DNA of 64,000 nt, taken from assembly GCA_964016885.1 (NCBI GenBank), contig OZ024743.1:252030001-252094000 (forward strand), given 5' to 3'. The translations under genes and the position numbers were made by a program. Shown in pieces: positions 38,530 to 49,900 of the stretch (within the stretch, counting starts at the first letter, position 1; each line of letters starts with the position of its first letter). The notes below the pieces were generated by a model. That model saw only the letters and a program-made list of their open reading frames with translations, was not told where the DNA came from and did no database searches. Source of the DNA: Eledone cirrhosa. Its lineage: Eukaryota.

Positions 38530-38752
38530 TCATTATCATCATCATCATCATCATCATCATCATTTTACGTCCGCTTTTCCCTGCTTGCAAGGGTGGGACG
38601 GGAACTGATTCTGGCTTGATTTCTACAGCTGGATGCCCTTCCTAACACCAACCTCATTTACAGTGAGTGCTGGGTGCTTTTTTGCCGTGGCGCCTACACG
38701 TCCACTTTACAGTGTGGGCTGGGTGCTTTTTTGCCATGGCACCTCCAGGACC
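38530..38752 (-). mobile_element. Short non-autonomous RTE-tailed element (chimeric SINE-like)
   Basis: Same as the 4514 and 26255 copies, with one more internal repeat unit. Confidence 0.88.
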
Positions 38753-38833
38753 ACTCGATATGCAAATTGGGCTACTCAGCCGTTAATATGCATAAGGTAA
38801 GTATATACGTTCAACAATCTGGCAGGAAGGTAT

Positions 38834-38876
38834 ACGTTGCTGATGATAGCTAATAACCTTGAAACTAGTACAGTGT
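38834..38876 (+). ncRNA. Minimal type I hammerhead ribozyme, unit 1
   Basis: acgttg-CTGATGA-tagctaataacctt-GAA-ACTAGT-A-cagtgt. Confidence 0.72.
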
Positions 38877-39253
38877 TCCTTTGTCAGTGTTGAACAAACG
38901 AGCAACGATGGTTGCTAGACACTACGGCTTAATACGGAATGTTTCTTTACAAACACACCGAGCATTATAATAAATGTTCGGTGAATCCATACGTACATAT
39001 ATATATGTGTGCATGTATGTATATATATATACATACTACTGTACATCTGTATACTTATATGTATGTATGTGTACATACTTATATTTAAGTAACAGCCGTA
39101 CTAAGAGTGGGAAATTAAATTTCGTTTCATTTTTTCCATTTATCGTTTTCGGTGCACCCGGCCGATTAACCTACTCGATATGCAAATTGGGCTACTCAGC
39201 TGTTAATATGCATAAGGTAATTATATACATTCAACAATCTGGCAGGAAGGTAT

Positions 39254-39296
39254 ACGTTGCTGACGATAGCTAATAAGCTTGAAACTAGTACAGCGT
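39254..39296 (+). ncRNA. Minimal type I hammerhead ribozyme, unit 2
   Basis: acgttg-CTGACGA-t agct aata agct t-GAA-ACTAGT-A-cagcgt: stem I acgttg/cagcgt, stem II agct/agct, palindromic stem III, GUA triplet. Confidence 0.85.
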
Positions 39297-39956
39297 TCCT
39301 TTGTCAGTGTTGAACAAACGAGCAACAATGGTTGCTAGACACTACGGCTTAATACGGGATGTTTGTTTACAAACACACCGAGCATTATAATAAATGTTCG
39401 GTTAATCCATACGTACATATATATATGTGTGCATGTATGTATATATATATACATACTACTGTACGTCTGTATACATATATGTATGTATGTGTACATACTT
39501 ATATTTAAGTAACAGCCGTACTAAGAGTGGGAAATTAAATTTTGTTTCATTTTTTCCATTTATATATATATATATATATATACACACACATACACACCCT
39601 TATATTAACATACTTTTGCTCATAGCTCCGTACTTACATGCACACACACTCTTTTACTCACATACACACACACTTTTCTTCTCGGCTTCGTACAGACGTA
39701 TAATAACATACACACATGCTTACGCACATGCACAAGTATAACTCTTTTTACAAAATCTCTTCTTTTCCATTTCAGGTAGACACGTTCCATTATCCACTTT
39801 TCTAAAAAATAAATCATACACAAAACGCCAGCACCAACAGTTTTGCAAGAGATGTCAACATGAATGGACCTGTTATTTTTTATCTAAAGACTTTTTTTCC
39901 CATTCCAACCCCCTTGTCACTTCAATCTATCTTATTTCTCATTCTTTCTTCTGATG

Positions 39957-40522
39957 TAATTTGCATCATCAGTCTGGAACCCACTATCTTGCTCAGAACA
40001 TTGACCTCCTGGAAACTATTCAGAGACGTGCATCCAAGCGCATACCCTCCATCAGACACCTACCATACCCTGAACGCCTTGTTTCTCTGGACATGGATTC
40101 ATTGAAGCTCCGACGTCTGGCAATGGACTTGGTAAACACCATCTCGCCAACAACAACCCTGAGCACCTTTTTTATCTCCATGTGTCTAACACACGCAGAC
40201 ATGCCTACAAAGTCAGAAAACAGCACAGCTCCCATGACTTTCAGAAACATTTTTTCACACGTAGAGTTGCATGCCTGCGTCAGTTGTTAGCTGCCGAGAC
40301 ACTGCATCCTTTAAAACCCTCATGCTTCCCGAAATTCGCCAAAACTACACCTGATGTCCCCCTTCCATACACATGCACACATGTGTATATCATGACTCAT
40401 GCACTGTTCCTTTTCCTGAGGTTTGTATATTACCCTATGTACTATACATACACTTTTTATGAGTTTTAGTGCACCTGAGCACTGTACACAATATTATCAT
40501 TATTATTATTCCTTATTATTTT
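39957..40522 (+). mobile_element. CR1-clade LINE 3' fragment with (ATT)n tail, inserted into a hammerhead core
   Basis: FASSVWNP.YLAQNIDLLETIQRRASKRIPSIRHLPYPERL..SLKLRRL..DL; flanks ttcttctgatg | atgaaggactagcg reconstruct the 26850 repeat. Confidence 0.88.
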
Positions 40523-40635
40523 ATGAAGGACTAGCGACTGAAACGTTAAGACCCTCTTCCTGCTATATCAAGTGTTAACCTAATATATACCTTCCATATA
40601 CTGTACCGATTGTGTTGTTATTTCTGTTTACCTTT

Positions 40636-40681
<46 letters not shown>

Positions 40682-40813
40682 TATTATCCATACACACATT
40701 TGCAAACATTCTCACAGATATACACATATATGATTGTATGAAAAGCATACACCCACTCACATATGCACACAACAACAAAAGCACATACACATATACATGG
40801 AGAGAGAGAGAGG

Positions 40814-40869
<56 letters not shown>

Positions 40870-41225
40870 ATTTAGTGAAGATGTTCTTATCGGTCATATG
40901 GCTTGAGTCAGCAGTGTAGTGAAGTGCGTAAATATATCATATATGGCATCCAATAAAACTATTCTGCAAGATTCAGGAAAGATGTAGGCTTCATATAGGC
41001 TATTAGGTTTTACAAAATATATTTAATGAAATGAAGGAAGTCATGCTTTTAATCTCGATAATAGCAAACATTTTGCTTCAGTTAACTGGGTGTAAGTATA
41101 AGAGAGAGAGAGAGTTGATAGCAGCTATAATATTACTCTACTCATGTTTTTGTTGTTGCTGTTGCTCTTTTTCTCTCTAAGTATTTAAACATATGTGTGT
41201 ATATATATTTAATGTGTGTGTTATA

Positions 41226-41307
<82 letters not shown>

Positions 41308-41449
41308 GTGTGTGTGTATATATATATATGTATATATATATGTGCAGATTGCATTTTTATATATATATGTATATATATATATATATATATAAAAATGAAA
41401 TCTGCACATATATATATATATATATATATATCTTCAACATTTTTATTAT

Positions 41450-41686
41450 ATCATCATCATCAACGTTTAACGTCCGTGTTCCACGCTTGCATAGGTTTGG
41501 ACGGGGGTAGTCCCACTTGAGGCAAGAGTGATTGTCTTGCTCGCATAGGACTGTCTAGCAGGTTTTCTACAGTTGGATGCCCTTCCTAACACCAACCACA
41601 TTTACAGTGTGGGTCTGGGAGGTTTTTACCGTGTTGCCTACACGGCCACATTACAGCGTGGACTGTGTGTTTTTTTGTCGTGACAC
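41450..41686 (-). mobile_element. RTE family A 3'UTR fragment
   Basis: Reverse complement of 63155-63390. Confidence 0.92.
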
Positions 41687-42980
41687 ATATATATATAATA
41701 AAAAATATTGAATTCATTAATAAAATGCAATCTGCACATTTTGATAATTGCGAAGGTACTAAGGACGACTTGGTTTAGATTATCTCCTACAGAGGAAAGG
41801 GCCAACTAATATCAAGTTAGTAAAATTACTTATTTATTTAAGGTTAAAATGGGAAATTTATTCAGCAAACGTTAAATTAATGATCAAATTATGTTAAATA
41901 TACTAACAAAGTAGATTTATTAGTATAATAATCTTAGCATTCTGGTTTGAAGCACAATATGGACTAATACTGGTCTTAGCTATATTTTCCTCGTGTAAAA
42001 TGCAACTCTCTGTCAATTTCTAAACCATTCTGTTTTATTCCTAAAGCCATAAACATACAGTATGTATACTTATTTATCTCTTTTGATAACAGGCCAACTG
42101 AAACTAAATAAAAGTTTTTATTTATCTACCACCTTAATAATGAGAATGTTATATGTGATAGTAAATCTTTCCAGCCAATTTTAGCTTTGTTGGTATCAAA
42201 AGAGATGATAAGTACAACTACATCCTATAAGTATGTTTTTCTCATTTAATAAGTAAGACGGTCTTTGAATAAGTAAGTTATTTTCATTCAAAATATAGTA
42301 ACAAATGGGTTAAAGTTTTTATATTTAGTTAAAATCCCTCCATCATAATATAATATAACAAAAGCTTTGTTAAGTTCAAAACACCAGCTTAATAATGGAA
42401 AAGGTAGTTGTATTACTAAATCCTTTGAGATTTTGCATTATTTTCAGCATGATTAGAAATATGGTAACAAAAGGGTTAAATAAGTAAATAAAAAATCCCT
42501 CTTCAACCCCTTCTATTCCTCCCTGTCAGTTTACTAGTTGGATGGTAAGGTAAATATGTTTTTAAATGTTTTTTGGTCATACATTTGACCAATTAACAGT
42601 GCCATGCTAAATTGACACTGACTGAGTGTTCTGCCAGTCTGACCTCAAATTGTCTCATCTTAGAAGCTTATCTTCCCAAACTAATAAGACCTTCATCCCA
42701 GTCCTACAATGTATTGGATAGACGCTGATTAGACTGAGACTTTCCCAATCATACAATGTACTGACTAGACACCAACCACACTAATAAAGGGATACTGTTA
42801 CAATTTGGGGATTGGGTAAGTATATCAATACATTCTAATTGTGTGGCTATAGTAGTCCATACTTGCATTCTAGACAAATCTCTTGTTGCAGTGAATATAT
42901 CAGAGCTTCTGTTACAGATTTGGGATCATAGTGGCTTAAGTATATATACTGTACATATGTATTATCATTATTAGTGTGGA

Positions 42981-43492
42981 TCAAATCCCGCCGAGGTTAA
43001 CTTTGCCTTTCATCCTTACGGGGTCGATAAAATAAAGTACCAGTAATGCACTGGGTAATTGCTGGCCTTGTGCCTAAAGTAGAAACAATTATTAGTGTGG
43101 ATTTGAGGGCGGTGGATTGGCAGTATCGGTAGAGGGTCGGATGCCATGCTTTGACGCATTGAGTTACGGCCCTTGCCATTCTGAGTTCAAATCCCGCCGA
43201 GGTTAACTTTGCCTTTCATCCTTATGGGGTCGATAAAATAAAGTACCAGTAATGCACTGGGTAATTGCTAGCCTTGTGCCTAAAGTAGAAACAATTATTA
43301 GTGTGGATTGGCAGTATCAGTAGAGGGTCGGATGCCATGCTTTGACGCATTGAGTTACGGTCCTTGCCATTCTGAGTTCAAATCCCGCCGAGGTTGACTT
43401 TACCTTTCATCCTTACGGCATCGATAAAATGAAGTACCAGTAATGCACTGGGAAAATTGCTGGCCTTGTGCAAAAAGTAGAAACAATTATTA
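42981..43492 (+). mobile_element. Three tandem tRNA-derived SINE units (Meta/MESC-like)
   Basis: tcaaatcccgccgaggttaactttgcctttcatcc..gtagaaacaattatt three times; each junction carries attattagtgt(ggat). Confidence 0.9.
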
Positions 43493-43946
43493 GTGTTTGC
43501 TTTTTTATCACCAATGCAAGACTAAGAAAAACATGGTTATACTAATATTTAGAGTCAATAGAAAATCAGTGTAGTAAAAACTAAAGCACAAGTATATTGA
43601 AACAAATTATTGGAGGGGCTTAAGCCCCCAATCTCCCTTAGTGTTGGAAGGCTTGTAATAAGACCTTGTCCCAATCCTGCAATGTACTGAACAGACACTG
43701 ACCACACTAATAAGACATTCTTCCTACTTATACAATGTACGAGTTATTGGCTTCAAATCAGGGCTGAATTAAATCCTTTCGATGCCATAAGCACTTAAAA
43801 AAATATGTGTCCCTTCTACTCCCAAAAATATTCAAAGTCTATGAAATCTTCCCTTGATGCCCTAAGCATTTGCTTCTTTTGGTTAATGGTTAATAAAATG
43901 ATACCCTCTTCCCTTGATGACCTAAACATGTATTTATTTTGCTTAA

Positions 43947-46900
43947 TCTATATATCTAAAACAGAATGTCTGTCTGTCTGTCCAATCACTAAAACTCGAG
44001 AACCGCCCATCCGATTGTTTTCAAACTTTACACGTGTAATACTTTCAAATTTTTAATGCCCTAGGGACCGCATTAGGTGATTTAGCGATCTCTCTCTCTC
44101 TCTTAGTCTTTCTCTTTTTAGATAGATACATAGATATGACGTTGCGCCTTTATAATATCTGTCTGCATTACGACATTATGACGTAGCTGTGTTTGTGTGT
44201 ATATATATATGTATATATAGTGTGTGTATCATCATCATCATCATCACCGTTTTACGTCCGTTCTTCCACGCTAGCATGGGTTAGACGGGTTGTCCTGTTG
44301 TGGGCAGCGTCTGGTCGGCTGACCATGCCTTGCTCATACAGGAACTGATTTGGCTTGATTTCTACAGCTGGATGCCCTTCCTAACACCAACTTCATTTAC
44401 AGTGAGTGCTGGGTGCTTTTTCGTGGCGCCTACACATCCACTTTACAGTGTGGGCTGGGTGCTTTTTTGCCGTGGCACTTCCACGACCAACTTGCGGTGG
44501 GGGGGTGTGGGGGCATATTGTCTATATGCTTCAGCTTGTACCCATGGGAGGTCGGGTACTCTGTATTACTGTGTGACGCCAGAAGTCATGGTCGTGTGTC
44601 ATTGTCTTTGAGAGGTGTAATTGGGTAAGGTTGGCTTTTATCACCTCATCCCAGGTCATCTTGGGTTTCCCCACTCCGCGGTTTCCATCAACTTCTAGTG
44701 CTCTGCACCTTTTTATGCAGCTGTCATCCTTCATACGCATCACATGTCCATACCAGCACAACCGCCTCTCCTGCACACAGCATTTGATTCCTCTTATGCT
44801 CAGTCTCTCTCTCAATTCATTTATGCTTTGTCGTTCACGTATATTATTTTACACATCCATCGGAGCATGCAGGCTTCGTTTCTCTCTAATCTACGTAAGT
44901 CTTCCACCTTCAGCGCCCAGGTCTCACTACCATGCAACATCGCTGTTCGGATACATGCATCATACAGTCTGCCTTTCATTCTGAGGGAGAAGCCTTTTAC
45001 AGCTAGCAGTGGTAGTAGTTCCCTAAACTTCTTCCATCCCGTTCTTACCCTAGTTATTACACTTTCTGAACACCCACCTCCGTTGCTAATTCGGTCACCT
45101 AGGTAGCAGAAGCTGTCTACTGTTTCTACAGGGCCCTCCCAGAGATTGGTGGTACTTGTTTCCTGTGGCTGTTTGCTGTTTGCTGTCTCAGCACAGCTGC
45201 TGCATATGAATCCTACATTCTTAATTAAGCTTCCTGAGATCCCGCTACATCTCTTGTGTACCCATTGTTTGCATTTGGGGCAGAGAATGGAGTTCCTACC
45301 TACACCTTTCCTACATACTGAGCAAGGCCATTTCCCCAAGGGGATCTGGGTTCTGTTTTCTCGTCTACTTACAAGGACCTTAGTCTTTGTCATGTTGACT
45401 TTGAGACCCTTTCTTTCTAGTCCCTGCTTCCAGGTTTGGAATTTATTCTCTAGTTCTACCATAGATTCAGCTATGAGTGCAAGGTCATCAGCATACAGGA
45501 GTTCCCATGGGCATCCGGTCTTAAACTCCTCCGTTATTGCCTGCAGGACTATGATGAACAGGAGAGGGCTAAGAACAGAGCCCTGGTGGACCCCAACCTG
45601 TACGCTAAATTCCTCGCTATACTCATTGCTAATCCTAACTTTGCTGACTGCTCCCCTATACATGGCTTGTACCGCTTTCACAAGCCATTCATCTACTCCT
45701 AGTTTTCTAAGAGCCCACCAGATTACAGCACGTGGAACTCTGTCAAAGGCTTTCTCAAGGTCGACAAATGCCAAGTAGAGTGGCTTACTTTTAGCTAGGT
45801 ACTTTTCCTGTAATTGCCTCACAAGGAAGAGGGCATCAGTGGTGCCTCTTCCTGGTACAAACCCAAATTGCATCTCGTCTATTTTCACCCGGTCCCTAAT
45901 CAGCTGTGCTATAACTCTTTCTGTTACTTTCATGACCTGGTCCATCAACTTTATACCTCTATAGTTTCCTCTATCTAGTGCATCGCCTTTACCTTTGTAG
46001 CAGTTGACAATGATGCTACTGCACCAATCTTTTGGTATGGCCCCTTCTAGTATTACCTGGTTAACGGTACGTGTGGTTATAGTGTGACCTACAGACCCAG
46101 ATGCCTTCAGCATCTCGCCAGCTATACCCGATGGACCGGTTGCCTTCCCCATCTTCATATCTTTGATTGCCTTACTTACTACGCTGCCGCTGACTTGTAC
46201 TGCTGGTCCCTCTATAGGGTCTACTTGGGGTAGGGTCTCTTCTTCCTATGCATTCTCCTCATTTAGTAATCTATGATAATGACTCTTCCATGCATCTTTC
46301 TTCTCAGCACTTGTGAGGGCAAGCTCACCTTTATCATTCCGGATACACTTCTCTCCAATGACATCACAACTATCTCTGACACACTGCCTCGCAATCTTGA
46401 ATACCTCCTGTTTCTGGTCCTCACGTTGTAAGACATGCTTGAATTTTCTATCCTCTGCTTCCCTCCTAGCTAAGTATACTTGTCGCCTAGCTTCCCTCTT
46501 GGTCTCTATGTAATGTACCCTGCTCCCCTCGTTCTTCCATTCTTTCCATGCCTGTCTCTTGGCCTTGACTGCTTCATCTACCTTATTGTTCCACCTCCAT
46601 GTCACTCTCCTCCTGCTTGAGGTCTTACTCCAGCCACAGACCTCATCCGTCGCCTCTAGTAAATTATTTTTTAGGAACTCCCAGTTCTCTTCTACATTAA
46701 ATGTCTCTATCTGTTCTTATATATATATAGTGTGTAACGTTTTTCGAAATATTTACTTCTGCGTTCACAGATTGATTTTTTTATTTTAGTTTCAGAAGAT
46801 CCCGTTAAGGGTGAAAGCAGCGAATCTTTGCTTAAACTTTAATCTGTTATTTTAATAAAGCGTAGAAATATCCTAGTCCCCCAGTAGGCAACTGATGAGG

Positions 46901-47148
46901 AAAACTCCCTCCCCCTGTTCTTGCTTTCTTTGTATTCCCACTGCATTTTAAGTTACCTTAAATAGCAACTACACAGCCATTTCTATTCTATATATATAAT
47001 TATATATTCGTGTACAGATATTTTTGCATACACAATAACAAAATATAAACAAACGTATTTATTTCACGAGGCTCGATAAGGATAAATATATATCAAATAT
47101 ATAAGAACCCTAGAGCAAATCCCAAGCAACACCGGGCCATTCTGCTAG
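43947..47148 (+). mobile_element. Non-autonomous Helitron (contains a nested RTE LINE)
   Basis: 5' A|TCTATATATCTAAAA..(tgtc)n; 3' cccaagcaacaccggg hairpin + CTAG|T; removing it restores the flanking ~60-bp tandem unit (gcttaa|tagttaataaaa vs ggttaatggttaataaaa) with no TSD. Confidence 0.85.
44228..46716 (-). mobile_element. RTE LINE family C, 5'-truncated, ~2.5 kb (RT + PHD-like finger + long 3'UTR)
   Basis: ORFs 46246-46605, 44821-46158 (NYRGIKL, QFGFVPGRGTTD, YADD, CSVC..HKRC..CSSC) and 44531-44815; (gat)n tail. Confidence 0.96.
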
Positions 47149-49092
47149 TAGTTAATAAAATAATGTGCCTCTTCTCTTGATGCCCTAAACATGTTTATTT
47201 TGCTTATTAGTTAACCCAATTCTGCATACTATCCATTAGCGTGTTGTACTCCCAGTACCACCACAAGTTCTTCATATTAATTTCATTGTTGTTGCTGTTG
47301 TTGTACTTTGATAATTCTACCATCTTTGTCTTTCCATTGTTGTGTGTCACTATTACATCAGACTATCTCCTCCCTCTGCTATATTATCTCTCCATTGCTG
47401 TGTATTTGCTGCTATTACATCAATCTCTTTCTCCCATGTTCTGCTTTATTGTCTCTCCATTTCTATATATGTATTGCTATTACATCAATCTATTCCCCCT
47501 CCTTCCTGAAATATCTTCAAGATGTCAGTAAGTCAATATCAAAGCTTGTAAACAAAAAAAAAACCAAAGAAAGAAAAAAAATACGTAGTAATGATTTTTG
47601 TCACAACACATCTGTGTAGAAACATTGGATAACTGTTTCCTCCTACTCACCACCCTCATTCTAATCATCACCACAACTATCACCATTACCATCATCATCA
47701 TCATCATCATCATCATTATCATTACCATCATCACCACCACCATCATCAGTGTCATCATTGCCATCATCATCATCACTGCCATCATTGTGATCATCATCAT
47801 CATCAACATCACATTTCCACCATCATAACCATCACCATTTCTATTTTCAACACTACCACCATCATACTCATCATCATTATCATCGTCACCACTACCAACA
47901 ACAACATTATCATTATCACCAATACTGCCACCATTTGCATTATGGCCACAACCATTATTTTCAGAATTGTGACATCATTGATACCTCATTAAAACCTTTA
48001 CCGTCGACCTCACTACCATTACCATTACTACCAACACCATCAAGAAGGCAACCATCAACATCATCACCACCATAACCAAAACCAACACCACCACCACCAC
48101 CACCACCACCAATACCATGACTCACACCAGTACCATCACCATGACTAACATCTCTCACAAAACCATAACCACTACCAATAGACTCACATCATTATTATCA
48201 ACACCACTACCACCACTACTACCAGAACCATTAACATCACCACCAACACTACCAATAAGACCATCACCACCAACAAAACCCCTACGACCAGCACCACCAC
48301 CATGACAACCACCACCACCACCACCACCACCAACACCCCCAACACCAACACCACCAACACCACCACCACTGCCATGACCACCAACACCAATACAATTCCA
48401 AAACACCAATCCAGAAAAATCTATTTACACCAAAATAATTCAAATGACATGTAATCTTCAAGAAGTTTTCCATTCCATTGAACATTCTCTCCAGCTTCTG
48501 GTAAAACCCACACACAACACAACACAACACACCATTATGTGCCATTCTACTATTTTACCAAATTTATCTTTTTCTTCTTTCTCTTCCTGGCAATTATTTG
48601 TCATGGACTTTTGAATTATATCATGTGTGGTGCTGTTCAATGAGAGGAATTCTTTCTTTTTAACCAATCTTTAATGGTGGTAGTCTTCCTCATCTGCCTG
48701 CATGTCAAATTCTGAGATTCCACCCCCTACAATACTCACACAACACCCACCTTCCACCCCTTATAGATCTTCCAAATCAATGATTCCATTCTTTTATGCT
48801 TTGGTAGGGTTTGAATTTTTTTGTTTTTCTTTAATTTTTGTTCTTTTTTGTTTCATTTGTGTGTGTTGTGGGGAAGTGAAATGGTGAAATGTTTGGTGTT
48901 ATTGTTGTTGTTCGTCTTTGACTTCCATTCTTGAAAAAGTACTGAAAGATAGAAGAGACAATGCTTGTCTCTTGCTTGTTTGCATTTTTCAATGTTGTTT
49001 TTTTCCCATTGCTGATGTCATAAAATTCTTTATTGATTCACATACATATGTATGTGAATCAAGGTGCAAATATATATCTATACATACACACA

Positions 49093-49132
<40 letters not shown>

Positions 49133-49177
49133 TATATATATATATAAATATATATTGTTATACTTTGGGAGTGTCAT

Positions 49178-49495
49178 GCTGCCAATAAAAACACACGCAT
49201 CTGTTGGATTTTACTTCAATTCATTATAAATTTCTTATCCGTTGGTTGGTTCGATAACTGGAATGTTGTTTATATATTGTCAAAGCTCTTTTGCCACACA
49301 TTCTGTGACCTCCTCAGTGACTGGGTTTTTATTTTGTGTCCCTCCTTTGCTTTGTCCTACACAATCTTGTTTTGTGTGTTATTTGACGAAAGCTTTGACG
49401 ATATATAAAAAACCATCCCATTATCAAACCAACCAACTGGAAATTCATAATAAATTGAAGTGAAAACCAACAGGTGCACGTGTTTTATTGGCTTA
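49178..49495. repeat. Old fold-back element (~100-bp imperfect inverted arms)
   Basis: gccaataaaaacacacgcatctgttggattttacttcaattcattataaatttc vs gaaattcataataaattgaagtgaaaaccaacaggtgcacgtgttttattggc. Confidence 0.75.
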
Positions 49496-49675
49496 TCAGG
49501 ATTATCAGACAGGACTCACTAAGTCATAATAAAGGAATATTTAAACTCTACTTTGGTATTGAGTACTCTTTTCTCTCATCCATTTACTACATACTAATAT
49601 ATATATATATATATAGGAACAAGTAGGACCCCGACGGCTGAGCTCAAGCCGTTTCGACGGCTAATTCTGGACGAA

Positions 49676-49900
49676 TTATTTTTTTTCACCTGCTATCCCA
49701 TTGCTGTCATCAGTAAATCTAAATTTGCTAATATTGTGTCCTCCAATACAGTTAGCGTTAATATGTCTTTCAAGAGTGTCAATCATTATGTATTCCAGGA
49801 ATACATTGAAGAGTCTGGTGACATAAGACATCCCTGCTAAACCTTGACTGCTAGTATAATCATAAAACCTTAGATATACAATGGAAGAGAAATCTATTTC
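49676..49900 (-). mobile_element. Decayed LINE RT fragment
   Basis: LFNVFLEYIM...IGGHNISKFRFTDD (LRFADD-like). Confidence 0.7.

Larger units (their letters stand above)
38753..39563 (+). mobile_element. 420-bp tandem dimer with one hammerhead per unit (retrozyme / tandem pLTR-like)
   Basis: actcgatatgcaaattgggctactcagc at 38753 and 39173 (period exactly 420); few substitutions; ends in (TA)n. Confidence 0.88.

Noticed and set aside
43105-43200. tRNA gene
   Set aside because: A/B-box-like head without a clean cloverleaf, followed by a SINE body; multi-copy
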